NCBI GenBank assembly: GCA_020345765.1 | Contig: CP070770.1 | Span: 1,130,972 to 1,194,971, forward strand | Direction: 5' to 3' | Length of the DNA: 64,000 nucleotides | From: Deltaproteobacteria bacterium | GTDB taxonomy: Bacteria > Desulfobacterota > G020345765 | Shown here: positions 55,413 to 64,000 of the stretch, in pieces | How positions within the stretch are numbered: the first letter of the stretch is position 1 | How the letters are laid out: every line of letters begins with the position of its first letter | Notes under the pieces: generated by a model | Told to the model about the DNA's origin: nothing | The model's database searches: none | Seen by the model: only the letters and a program-made list of their open reading frames with translations | Made by a program: the position numbers and the translations under genes

Positions 55413-56483
55413 TTATTCGGTTTCACCCTTTTCGTTCAAGATCAGCAGTTTGGCTCCGTCCTTAAGCAGGCTCTTGCCGCTCAAGACCACCGGGAGTTTC
55501 GAGTCCAAACCCTTAAGGAAGGAGAAATCCTCGTTTTCCGCTACCATTTCTACGATTACCTTCTTTGCCCGGTCGCTATTCGCCTGGAAAACAAAGTCAT
55601 TGCCGTCAAAATCCCTTAATACACAGCGGGAATCAATATAAGTAGCATCCTCTTGATGAAAGACCCGGACCCGCGCGGTCACATAAGCACCAACCTTTAG
55701 TTCACGATCCGGGTTATCCAGTACCATCTCCAGGTCGAAAAGGCCCGTATCGGGGTTGGCTCCCAGAGAGAGTCGGTCAACCCGGCCCTCATATTCCTTC
55801 CCTGCTATAGAGGTAAGCTTTACCGGTTGTCCTGCCTCAAGCTCCACTACATCTCGGTCGCTCACCGCGGCCACCACCCGTACCTGGTCCAGGGACGATA
55901 CCATCGCTAGGGTCTTCTCCTTTTCCGCTCTTTCTCCAACCCTCACATAAAGTGACATCAATGTCCCGTCAATCGGACTTGTTAAATGAACGGTCGAGCG
56001 CGCCATCTCCAGGTTGGTTTTCGCCAATTTCAGCTTTAGCCGTATCTTGTCCATGACATCCTGTGAGATGCCGCCGGATTCAAAAAGACTCTCATAGCGC
56101 TCGTATTCTTTCAGGGCATCCTCGTATACCGAGCGGAGAAGCTTCACCTGGGAGATATTTTTCGGATCGTCCTCGTCCAGGCTGATGATGGGTGTATCCG
56201 CCTCGACAAAATCACCGACCTTATACCTGATCGCCGCCACCCGGGCCTCATCCGGGGTGGAGATAAAGGCCTGGCGGTAGCCTTCCACCTTGCCCTGGAT
56301 CTCCCTCCAGACCTCAAACGGTCCGATATTCACGGGGGTGAGTTTTACCGGGAAGCCCTCGCGCATCTGGATGCTCTCAATACCCTCCCGCTTATCTCCT
56401 TCCGGACCCTTTTTCGATCTGACCCTGCCGATCACGATAAAGACAACAACGATTAACAGGACTGCGACGACTATCTTCTTCAT
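55413..56483 (-). CDS. RND efflux periplasmic adaptor (MFP/HlyD family)
   Basis: 356 aa. N-terminal anchor, lipoyl/hairpin/beta-barrel adaptor pattern. Overlaps the tolC-like stop by 4 nt. Confidence 0.9.
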   Translation of the reverse strand: MKKIVVAVLLIVVVFIVIGRVRSKKGPEGDKREGIESIQMREGFPVKLTPVNIGPFEVWREIQGKVEGYRQAFISTPDEARVAAIRYKVGDFVEADTPIISLDEDDPKNISQVKLLRSVYEDALKEYERYESLFESGGISQDVMDKIRLKLKLAKTNLEMARSTVHLTSPIDGTLMSLYVRVGERAEKEKTLAMVSSLDQVRVVAAVSDRDVVELEAGQPVKLTSIAGKEYEGRVDRLSLGANPDTGLFDLEMVLDNPDRELKVGAYVTARVRVFHQEDATYIDSRCVLRDFDGNDFVFQANSDRAKKVIVEMVAENEDFSFLKGLDSKLPVVLSGKSLLKDGAKLLILNEKGETE

Positions 56484-57880
56484 TGCTCACTCCTTGAATC
56501 ATCTGAGATGTAGCTTTGGATCTTGTAGAGATTAAGGTTTACATCCCGCTTGGTTTTAGAATGGAGGAGCTTGGCCTGGGTGAGGGCAAGCTCCGCATCC
56601 TGCAGTTCGGTCAAATTACCGAGGCCGGTTTTGTAACGCAGCTTCGCTAAATCATATGCCTTCTCGGCAAGCTTTACGGTCTCCCGGGCGGAATCCATTT
56701 CCTTTCGCGCGGCAAGATAAGCCAGATATGCATTTTGCAGATCCAGAGTCAATAGTTTCCGTATCTTAACGAGCTCCAATTCGGTTTTATTCAGATCCCG
56801 GAGTGCCCGGTTCTTTTTGGCGCTTTTAACGCCTCCCTCATAAATAGGGATTGTTACCTGAATCCCGGCCAGCAGCGTTTCGGAAAAATCGTCGCTTTCA
56901 GGAATGAACTGGTCCGAGTTCCCCGAATACTGCAAACTGCCGAATGCGGCTACGATCGGGTAAAAATCGGCTTTGTAGGCTTTTAACATATATTTGCTGG
57001 CCTCGACGGTTTTATCCAGGGCCTTAAGTGACGGCTCGTCTTTCAGCATGGCCTGCCGGATCTCCTCAAATTCAAACTCGGGAAAGCTCTCGCTATATGA
57101 GTCCGTAAGAACGATCTCCTCCTCTAAGTCAATACCGATGGTCACCTTGAGATAGTTCTTGGCCAGGGTCAGATTGTTCTCCGCGGTAATCAGGCCGGTC
57201 CGGCGGTTATTTACCTCGACCTCATGCTGCATCAACTCAAATTCCGAACCCAGGCCCTCTTTGAATTTCTGGGATATGATTTCATGATCCTTCAAGGTGT
57301 TATTTAGTGAAGCCTGGGCGATATCAAGGGCTTCCCGGGCCATCAGCGAGTTAAGATACGCCTCCTGAACTTGAAGGATAAGCTGGTGTCTTTGGCGGTT
57401 ATACATGTAATCTGCTCCCGCACTCCCGGCCTTGGCCGCCCGGTAGTAATTCCTGACGCGCCCGGAGGTAAAAAGCGCCTGTGATGCCGTCAGGCTGAAT
57501 ACATGCTCGTTCTCATTCATTGCCGGAAAATCCTGGGTCATCAGAAACCACGGGTTGTCCGGCCCCGGCGGGTTCTGCCCATCCCCGCCCAGAAGGTTTC
57601 CATCGGAATCAGTTGCCGGGGCTACCGCCACGGGGACAGTCATATCCGGGATCAGGAAGTAATGGTTATAACCGTAGGAGGCCCCGAGGGTCGGGAATAC
57701 GGCACCCCGCGCCTCTTTCACCCGCTCCCGGGCGGAGATTCTCTCCTCCCCGGCTTGCTTCAGGCTTTCATTGTTGTTTAGGGCCATCTCAATCGCCTGC
57801 TCCAGGGATAGCTCCACCGCTCCGTAAGCAGGACATGCTGCCCAGATAAATATTAACAGGAAAAAATAACACCTTTTCAT
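56480..57880 (-). CDS. TolC-family outer-membrane efflux protein
   Basis: 466 aa. Signal peptide. Duplicated coiled-coil/beta repeat typical of OEP/TolC. Confidence 0.9.
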   Translation of the reverse strand: MKRCYFFLLIFIWAACPAYGAVELSLEQAIEMALNNNESLKQAGEERISARERVKEARGAVFPTLGASYGYNHYFLIPDMTVPVAVAPATDSDGNLLGGDGQNPPGPDNPWFLMTQDFPAMNENEHVFSLTASQALFTSGRVRNYYRAAKAGSAGADYMYNRQRHQLILQVQEAYLNSLMAREALDIAQASLNNTLKDHEIISQKFKEGLGSEFELMQHEVEVNNRRTGLITAENNLTLAKNYLKVTIGIDLEEEIVLTDSYSESFPEFEFEEIRQAMLKDEPSLKALDKTVEASKYMLKAYKADFYPIVAAFGSLQYSGNSDQFIPESDDFSETLLAGIQVTIPIYEGGVKSAKKNRALRDLNKTELELVKIRKLLTLDLQNAYLAYLAARKEMDSARETVKLAEKAYDLAKLRYKTGLGNLTELQDAELALTQAKLLHSKTKRDVNLNLYKIQSYISDDSRSEQ

Positions 57881-58527
57881 CCAATTGCCTCCTTATTCCT
57901 GATCATTTTGATTCCGGCAACCGAAAAATCTGCGATGTGCCTCGCGATCGTATCAATCACCCCTGAGGTCATCTCGATCTTGTCGTCCTCAGGCATTGGT
58001 GAGTGAGGTGAATGCATGGCGAAATAGAAAGTGAACTGGCTTATTATACTGAAGGAGCATAACTTGATCATTTCCGGGGTTGCCTCGGGACCAAGCAATT
58101 CGGAAACGATCTGCATCATTATTGCTTGTACTTTACCGATGCGTTCTATAATATGCGAGCGGACCAACCCGTCTGATTCAATCATGTGTTGGGCAAATAG
58201 TTTCATTTCCCATTCAGAGGGCTTTGGGCTGAACCTGTGGAGTAGCATTATTCTCACTAACTCATGAAGGCGATCCTCGGGCGAATAAATCTTCTCCAGA
58301 ATGCTTTCGAGAGGAATCTCTTTAATTTTATTCACAATATACGAAATTACCTCTTCATGAAGCTTATCTTTGTCTCCGAAATAATAATTGACTGCAGCGA
58401 CATTCGCACCCGCAAGCTCGCATATATCGCGAACGGTTGTTTCCTTAAAGCCCTTGTCTGCAAAAAGCTTCCCCGCTGCCTCAATCAGACGTTCCTTGGT
58501 TGACTTTTCTGTTGGTTCATTTGACAT
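57877..58527 (-). CDS. TetR/AcrR-family transcriptional regulator
   Basis: 216 aa. 'TKERLIEAAGKLFADKGFKETTVRDICELAGANVAAVNYYFGDK' HTH. Confidence 0.9.
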   Translation of the reverse strand: MSNEPTEKSTKERLIEAAGKLFADKGFKETTVRDICELAGANVAAVNYYFGDKDKLHEEVISYIVNKIKEIPLESILEKIYSPEDRLHELVRIMLLHRFSPKPSEWEMKLFAQHMIESDGLVRSHIIERIGKVQAIMMQIVSELLGPEATPEMIKLCSFSIISQFTFYFAMHSPHSPMPEDDKIEMTSGVIDTIARHIADFSVAGIKMIRNKEAIG

Positions 58528-58547
58528 TTCCCTCTTCCTTTTTAAAC

Positions 58548-58564
58548 ATTTGTTTAAAACAAAT
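58548..58564. promoter_or_regulatory. candidate TetR operator 2 (17-nt palindrome)
   Basis: ATTTGTTT-A-AAACAAAT lies between the promoter and the tetR start. It shares the AAACAA/TTGTTT half-site with operator 1. Confidence 0.5.
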
Positions 58565-58576
58565 CATTTAAACTTA

Positions 58577-58605
58577 AACATAAAACAATTGTTTTAATTT
58601 GTCAA
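58577..58605 (-). promoter_or_regulatory. sigma70-type promoter of the tetR-tolC-MFP-RND operon
   Basis: On the minus strand: TTGACA (58605-58600), 17 nt spacer, TATGTT (58582-58577). Confidence 0.55.
58582..58595. promoter_or_regulatory. candidate TetR operator 1 (14-nt perfect palindrome)
   Basis: AAAACAATTGTTTT lies in the -35/-10 spacer. Confidence 0.5.
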
Positions 58606-58740
58606 GGATTTATTTTAACAGGACTTATCCCGTCTTTTAGATACAGAGCATATTGATAATCGGGAGGTTCGGGGCCCGGTATTTGGAGGCGAACCGGAAG
58701 TTAAGTCAAAGTTTATTGAAGGTTTTACTCTGAATTGTTT

Positions 58741-59274
58741 TTATAATATACTATTAATGATTTCTATTATTGGTTCCGGCAATTTTGATTTCATTTCAGG
58801 AAACGACTCTATTATCCGAATAATATCTGCTAAATCTTTCTGTCGCTTACTTCCTCTTCTCTGTTCATCAGAATATGCCCAGACCTTACCAATTAATACA
58901 TCTTCTAAAGACGCAACCATCATTTTATAACCCATAACATTCTTGATAGATGCTCTCTTAATGAAATCCTGGTATCTTTCATCTATTTGTATTTGAATAC
59001 GGATATCCGAATTTTTACTTCCTAAATTAATACTATGAGGAAATTTCTCAATTGTGAATTTATCCCTCGTTGATTCAATAAGTTTATCTATGCCATCAAC
59101 TATAACTACGACATCTAAATCTAAGCTTATAACTGGTTCTACATATGCATTTACTGCAAGCCCACCAATAACACAATATTCAATATTTTTTTGTTCCATC
59201 AAATCAATAATCTCTTGAATTACATCTTCTTCTCCGTGACTAACACAGTTTAGAAATGATTTTTGATTCATCAT
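58741..59274 (-). CDS. nucleotidyltransferase-fold protein (orphan)
   Basis: 177 aa. 'YCVIGGLAVNAYVEPVISLDLDVVV' G-G...D-x-D pattern. The gene is visibly AT-rich. Confidence 0.6.
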   Translation of the reverse strand: MMNQKSFLNCVSHGEEDVIQEIIDLMEQKNIEYCVIGGLAVNAYVEPVISLDLDVVVIVDGIDKLIESTRDKFTIEKFPHSINLGSKNSDIRIQIQIDERYQDFIKRASIKNVMGYKMMVASLEDVLIGKVWAYSDEQRRGSKRQKDLADIIRIIESFPEMKSKLPEPIIEIINSIL

Positions 59275-59363
59275 TCTCCCCTTTAGATCTTCTATTTCCT
59301 CTGCCTTACTATTTGTTTATATTATACTTGAGCATCCCATTTTATCAACTAATTTACGATTTT

Positions 59364-59984
59364 TTAAAGGTTTGATAATTCTCCTCCCTGATTTTGCCCC
59401 TGATAACCCCTGCCGATAAGGTAGAGTTCGCGGGAAGCCTTCCTGGTAGCCTCGGGCCGGGTGGCCTTTACCGTTTGAAACGCTGCTTCTATCTCCTTCT
59501 TAAAAGAACCGAAATCGGGACCAAGAAATGTCTTGACTAAAAAGTTTCCTTTCTGCTTCAAGACTCTCTTGGCCAGCCTAAAGGCATCTTGGGAGAGCTG
59601 GATCGAGTGATGGTGATCCGCATGCCTTATTCCGGTGAGATTGGGAGAAAGATCGGACATTACCATATCTGCCCGCCCGCCCAGCTTCTCCCGGATCGAC
59701 TCGGCAACCCGTTCCTCCCGGATATCCCCCTGGAGGAAGGCCATATTTTTGCCTTCCAGATTCTCGATTGGGATCATGTCAATCCCCAAGACATATCCCT
59801 CCTCTCCAACCAGTTCCCGGGCCACCTGCATCCAGCCTCCCGGGGCACAGCCTAAGTCGACTACCCGATCTCCCCGTTTAATCAGGTGATAATCCTGGTT
59901 AAGCTGCTTGAGCTTAAAAGCTGCCCGGGAGCGATAGCCCTTGAGCTTGGCCTGCCGATAAAAACCGTCTTTTCTCTTATACAT
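59364..59984 (-). CDS. rlmE: 23S rRNA (uridine2552-2'-O)-methyltransferase RlmE/FtsJ
   Basis: 206 aa. 'YRSRAAFKLKQL...VVDLGCAPGGWMQVA...VMSDLSPNLTG'. Confidence 0.93.
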   Translation of the reverse strand: MYKRKDGFYRQAKLKGYRSRAAFKLKQLNQDYHLIKRGDRVVDLGCAPGGWMQVARELVGEEGYVLGIDMIPIENLEGKNMAFLQGDIREERVAESIREKLGGRADMVMSDLSPNLTGIRHADHHHSIQLSQDAFRLAKRVLKQKGNFLVKTFLGPDFGSFKKEIEAAFQTVKATRPEATRKASRELYLIGRGYQGQNQGGELSNL

Positions 59985-60086
59985 ATTCTATCTCTTTTTT
60001 AAGCGATAATATATCACTATCTCATAAGGACTGTAAACCATATTAGATGTGGAGCTTCCCCTAAGATTCCACAAGTTCCCTGCCCG

Positions 60087-60118
60087 GGATAGGTGGGGCA
60101 GGAAGGCCCCACCTATCC
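60087..60118. repeat. GC-rich perfect hairpin (13-bp stem, 6-nt loop) in a divergent intergenic region
   Basis: ggataggtggggc (60087-60099) / gccccacctatcc (60106-60118). Confidence 0.8.
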
Positions 60119-60161
60119 ACACTTTGCTTAAAAAACAGGGAAATTTCTGGATTAAATAAAA

Positions 60162-60190
60162 TTGACGGAGTCTGATAAATCTGTTAAACT
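60162..60190 (+). promoter_or_regulatory. promoter-like element with conserved 16-mer CTGATAAATCTGTTAA
   Basis: TTGACG (60162-60167), 16-mer at 60172-60187, possible -10 TAAACT (60185-60190). Upstream of the TPR gene. Confidence 0.45.
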
Positions 60191-60224
60191 GATTCTCAGT
60201 TTTGTCGATTGAACCGGAGGATAA

Positions 60225-61976
60225 GTGCTTTTTAGAAACCTGAATTCTCTTTTCTGTATTGCTCTGCTATTCCTTCTCTCCGCCTGCACCAGCTTACCTA
60301 AAAGACAGGTCCTCCCTTCCCCTACCCTCCCGGAGATGGCAGAGAGAAGGGTCAGCTCGGAGGCTTACTACCACTACATGCTTGCCCAGCTTTATAACTA
60401 CGACGGTAAAACTGCGGATGCGATTGAGCATTACCAGAAGGCGGTATCCTCCGATCCGTATTCTCCTCTTCTGCTCACGGAACTGGCCGTGCTCTATGCT
60501 AACCTGGGCAAGATTGATCCTGCAATCCAGTATTGCCAGACCGCGCTGAGTCTTGATCCCGATTATCTTCAGGCCCATCTCCTTTTAGGAATGATATACT
60601 CGGTTAGCGAGGACCCCGCCCCGGCGATTAAGCATTACCGGAGGGCCCTGGAGATAGATGAATCCAATGAGGAGGCTTTCCTATCATTAAGCCTGCTCTA
60701 CAGTATGCATGATGATTACCGGAAGGCAAAAGAAACTTTAGAGAAATTCCTGGAGCGTTCCCAACAGCCATTTTTAGTATATTACCATCTCGCCCGCATT
60801 GCCGCTGAGCACGATCACTACGAAGAAGCGGAAGTATCATACCTAAAGGCTCTCCAGTTAAATCCCCTCTTTCCTACCGCCCTTGAGGAACTGGGGGTAG
60901 TCTATGAAAGGCAAGGAAAATTCGATCAGGCAATCGATTGCTACCAAGGCGTGCTCCAGCTCAACCCATATTCCATATCTGCCCGGGAACACTTAGGGCA
61001 GGTTTACCTCTCTCAAGAGAAAACAGAAGAGGCGCTGAGGGAGTTCGAGGAATTGCAGAAGCTGGATCCAGAGAACCTGAATGTCCGGGTTAATCTGGGA
61101 AGGATCTACTTTATCCGCAGGCAGCACCAGCAAGCCTTAAAGGAGTTTCAGTTTGTCCTGTCATCTCGTCCCGAGTTCCACCTGATCCGGTATTATCTTG
61201 GGATAGTCTATTCCGAGATGGAGAATCTCGATAAGGCTAAAGAGGAGTTGGCCCGGATCCCCCCGGAGGCTTCCGTATATACCGATTCCGTGATTCAATT
61301 GGCCTATATCATTAATAAGGAGGGCGATCCGGAGGGAGCCCAAAGAACTTTGCGAAAGGCCATGAAGCTCAAGCCCGACAGCCATACCATTATCGAAGCC
61401 TTGAGTTCTCTCTACCGTGAGGAAAAGAGATATAACGAGGCAATTAGAGTCCTGAAGGAAGCCCTTAGCCAATTCCCGAATAATGATAAACTCCATTATC
61501 ATCTGGGTGTCGTTTACGAGCAGGACGGGCGGACTGACGAGAGCCTGGCGGTGATGCAAAAGGCGCTTGAGATAAATCCGGAAAATGCCGATGCACTCAA
61601 TTACATAGGTTACAGCTATGCGGATAAAGGGATTAAACTGGATGAGGCGGAGAAGCTGATCAGGAGGGCTCTGGAGCTGAAGCCCGGGGATGGCTATATC
61701 ACCGACAGCTTAGGCTGGGTATATTATAAAAAGGGGAATATCCCCGAAGCGGTTCAGCTACTGGAGGAGGCAATCAGGTTAGTTCCGGAGGATCCCCTGA
61801 TTACCGAGCATCTGGGAGATGCCTATCTAAGGAATAAATGCCGGCAAAAAGCATTGGAATTTTATCGTCAGGCCCTCGAATTCGAACCCGATGGGGAGGG
61901 ATCAAAGGAGCGGCTGGAGAAAAAGATTAAAGACTTGCTCGGAGAAGAAAGTCAAGGATTAAATAGGGGAAGGTAA
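60225..61976 (+). CDS. TPR-repeat lipoprotein
   Basis: 583 aa, GTG start. 'LLFLLSAC' lipobox. More than 10 TPR units ('A..Y..AL.L.P....A...LG.'). Confidence 0.88.
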   Translation: MLFRNLNSLFCIALLFLLSACTSLPKRQVLPSPTLPEMAERRVSSEAYYHYMLAQLYNYDGKTADAIEHYQKAVSSDPYSPLLLTELAVLYANLGKIDPAIQYCQTALSLDPDYLQAHLLLGMIYSVSEDPAPAIKHYRRALEIDESNEEAFLSLSLLYSMHDDYRKAKETLEKFLERSQQPFLVYYHLARIAAEHDHYEEAEVSYLKALQLNPLFPTALEELGVVYERQGKFDQAIDCYQGVLQLNPYSISAREHLGQVYLSQEKTEEALREFEELQKLDPENLNVRVNLGRIYFIRRQHQQALKEFQFVLSSRPEFHLIRYYLGIVYSEMENLDKAKEELARIPPEASVYTDSVIQLAYIINKEGDPEGAQRTLRKAMKLKPDSHTIIEALSSLYREEKRYNEAIRVLKEALSQFPNNDKLHYHLGVVYEQDGRTDESLAVMQKALEINPENADALNYIGYSYADKGIKLDEAEKLIRRALELKPGDGYITDSLGWVYYKKGNIPEAVQLLEEAIRLVPEDPLITEHLGDAYLRNKCRQKALEFYRQALEFEPDGEGSKERLEKKIKDLLGEESQGLNRGR

Positions 61977-61981
61977 AAAGG

Positions 61982-62776
61982 ATGAGGAAAACCGGAATAA
62001 GTTTTTTCATCCTTGCCCTCACTCTATTAATTGGATGTGCCCTTTTCAAAAAGCCCGCTCCGCCAATCGCTTTGACAATCGATTCCCCCGAGATTCTGCT
62101 GAAAAAAATAAGGGAGAGCAACAACCGGGTCACATCCTTAAGAGCACTGGCTAAAATTCAGCTCAATATCCCCGAGGGGAACTCCCGTTTCTCCGAAGTA
62201 GTTATCGCCCAAGAGCCCGGGCGGATCCGCATGGAAATCCTCAGCTTTTTCGGTCACTTAGTGGCCTTGCTGGTTACCGATTCCTCCCGGCTTCAGGCCC
62301 TTTTCATAAACGAAGGATGCCTGTATGAGGGAGCGGCCACGACTTATAATCTTTCCCAATTTCTCCCGGTTCCTCTGCCCCCTGAGGAAATAGTTGCCTT
62401 GCTTCTGGGAAAGGTCTCTTTAATCGATTTTGACACCACCAATCTCGAGCTCCGGCAAGAAAACAATCAGTATATTCTTAAGCTCACTTCCTTAAGTGGC
62501 TGGAAGATCCAGCGGCTCTGGATTGATCCGGTATATTTCCGGATTATCAGAAGCGAGATTTATACCCCGGAAGATATAACCCTGCTCTCTGCTGAGTTCC
62601 TGGATTTTAATGATCTAAATGGAGTCTGGTTTCCCTCAAACATCTTTATCCAGATACCTTCGGAGACCATTGAAGTAAAGCTCAAATATCGCAGCCTGGA
62701 GCTCAATCCGGCGCTGGATTTGAGCCTCTTTTCCATTACTCCCCCGCCCGGGATTACCCTGGTTGAGCTGGATTGA
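61982..62776 (+). CDS. LolB-like / DUF4292-like outer-membrane lipoprotein
   Basis: 264 aa. 'LTLLIGC' lipobox. LolA/LolB-type beta pattern. Follows the TPR gene by 5 nt. Confidence 0.7.
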   Translation: MRKTGISFFILALTLLIGCALFKKPAPPIALTIDSPEILLKKIRESNNRVTSLRALAKIQLNIPEGNSRFSEVVIAQEPGRIRMEILSFFGHLVALLVTDSSRLQALFINEGCLYEGAATTYNLSQFLPVPLPPEEIVALLLGKVSLIDFDTTNLELRQENNQYILKLTSLSGWKIQRLWIDPVYFRIIRSEIYTPEDITLLSAEFLDFNDLNGVWFPSNIFIQIPSETIEVKLKYRSLELNPALDLSLFSITPPPGITLVELD

Positions 62777-62812
62777 CTTTAAGGAGGAAGAACGTTGGAT
62801 AAGATACCAAAA

Positions 62813-64000
62813 ATGAAAATCACAATTCTTTCCGCTTTTCTAACTCTGCTTCTTTTAATGTTGGGAAGCTGTGATAGTTGTCAGGAGCGAAAGGAAACGG
62901 TCAAGGAGCCCGCTCTCGAAGAACCGGGCGAGCCCGCCTACGGCGATACTATTGTGGTGGGGTCGATCGGCGACGCCAGCAACCTCCTTCCCCCGCTGGC
63001 CTCGGACAGCGCCTCCTTTGATATCATCGGCCTGGTCTATAACGGCATCGTCAAATACGATAAGGATCTGAAGATCGTGGGGGACCTGGCCGAATCCTGG
63101 GATATCTCCCCGGACGGCCTGGAAATCATCTTTCATTTGAGAAAAGGGGTGAAATGGCATGATGGGGTGGAGTTTACCGCCGAGGACGTGATGTTCGGCT
63201 ACCGGAAGATCATCGATCCCAACACCCCTACCGCCTATGCCAGCTCTTTTGAGGAGGTCAAGGAGGCCGAGATCCTGGATAAATACACATTCAAGGTCAC
63301 CTACAAGGAGCCCTTCGCCCCGGGGCTTGCGAGCTGGGGAAATCTGGTAGTTCTCCCCCAACATCTGTTAGAGGGAGAAGACATAACTAAAAGTCCCCTC
63401 ACCCGCTCCCCGGTGGGCACCGGGCCCTATCGGTTTGTCGAGTGGAAGACCGGGGAAAAGATCGTCCTCGAGTATAATCCCGACTATTTCGAAGGCCGGC
63501 CTCATATTGACCGATATCTCTACCGGTTCATTCCGGAACAGGCCACGATGTTCCTGGAATTGAAGGCCGAGAGGATTGACGAGATGGGTCTTACCCCTCT
63601 CCAGTATCGCCGCCAGACCAACTCTCCAGATTTCTTGCAGAAATTCAATAAATATCGCTACCTTTCTTTCGGCTATACCTATCTGGGATATAACCTGCTC
63701 GAGCCCAAGTTTCAGGATATAAGGGTCCGTCATGCAATCTCTTCGGCGATCAATAAGCAGGATATTGTTGATGGGGTACTTCTCGGCCTGGGAAGGGTTG
63801 CCACCGGACCCTTCAAGCCCGATACCATCTGGTATAATCCTGAGGTTAAACGCTACCCCTACGATCCGGAGAAAGCCCGGGCCCTGCTTGAGGAAGCCGG
63901 TTGGGTAGATACCGATGGAGACGGGATACTGGATAAGGAAGGCGAACCTTTTTCCTTCACCATTATCACCAACCAGGGGAATGAGCAGAGGAAAAAATCG
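62813..64000 (+). CDS. ABC transporter substrate-binding protein, family 5 (peptide/nickel type), 3'-truncated by the window end
   Basis: Absent from the ORF track because there is no stop in the window. From ATG 62813 the frame is open for 396 codons. 'MKITILSAFLTLLLLMLGSC' lipobox. 'LAESWDISPDGLEIIFHLRKGVKWHDG', 'PVGTGPYRFVEW'. Confidence 0.9.
   Translation, partial: MKITILSAFLTLLLLMLGSCDSCQERKETVKEPALEEPGEPAYGDTIVVGSIGDASNLLPPLASDSASFDIIGLVYNGIVKYDKDLKIVGDLAESWDISPDGLEIIFHLRKGVKWHDGVEFTAEDVMFGYRKIIDPNTPTAYASSFEEVKEAEILDKYTFKVTYKEPFAPGLASWGNLVVLPQHLLEGEDITKSPLTRSPVGTGPYRFVEWKTGEKIVLEYNPDYFEGRPHIDRYLYRFIPEQATMFLELKAERIDEMGLTPLQYRRQTNSPDFLQKFNKYRYLSFGYTYLGYNLLEPKFQDIRVRHAISSAINKQDIVDGVLLGLGRVATGPFKPDTIWYNPEVKRYPYDPEKARALLEEAGWVDTDGDGILDKEGEPFSFTIITNQGNEQRKKS

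Noticed and set aside
62855-63733. Two minus-strand ORFs (169 aa and 121 aa)
   Set aside because: They are antisense to a family-5 solute-binding-protein gene (62813 to window end). That gene is missing from the ORF track only because it has no stop in the window, and its translation has clear SBP motifs.

Overview
This 64 kb window is densely coding, with about 63 protein genes. I recognised no rRNA, tRNA, CRISPR array, transposase or integrase. It looks like an uncultivated diderm bacterium, probably anaerobic. The diderm call rests on TolC/RND, CsgG-like, LolB-like and OMP-type genes. The anaerobe call rests on four radical-SAM enzymes, several Fe-S proteins, a CooT-like protein and a LarA-like protein. 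I cannot assign a taxon from sequence alone.

Housekeeping blocks: asd; truA-rplM-rpsI; RNase G plus a fused radical-SAM gene; hrcA-grpE-dnaK-dnaJ; plsY; gcvH; cinA-pgpA; rlmE.

Accessory content:
- a glycosyltransferase / methyltransferase / alpha-toroid / acetyltransferase / B12-radical-SAM cluster
- a four-lipoprotein CsgG-like operon
- a GT2 / ParB-Srx / spore-photoproduct-lyase-like radical-SAM operon that runs on into thioredoxin and CooT-like genes
- an MMPL transporter
- a TetR-TolC-MFP-RND efflux operon
- a BrnT/BrnA toxin-antitoxin pair
- two small nucleotidyltransferase-fold genes in AT-rich patches

Most notable observations:
1. An Fe-S protein gene has an in-frame TGA exactly where the second cysteine of a CxxCxxCxxxC motif belongs, and the frame stays open for 75 more codons. 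This is either a selenocysteine candidate or a fresh pseudogene.
2. A zinc-ribbon receiver protein is appended to the dnaK operon. It is followed by a lipoprotein built of about 13 novel 26-residue 'DxxGxDxY...SQGxG' repeats and by a periplasmic HEAT-repeat protein.
3. A mosaic surface protein (FN3 plus CFIATAA module) is fused in frame to a second signal peptide and an OMP-like barrel.
4. A family of long AT-rich hairpin repeats occupies at least six intergenic sites, one of them inside the efflux operon.
5. A perfect CRP/FNR-type palindrome and a TetR-type operator pair are positioned on recognisable promoters.

All functional calls come from reading motifs in the supplied translations. No database search was run.
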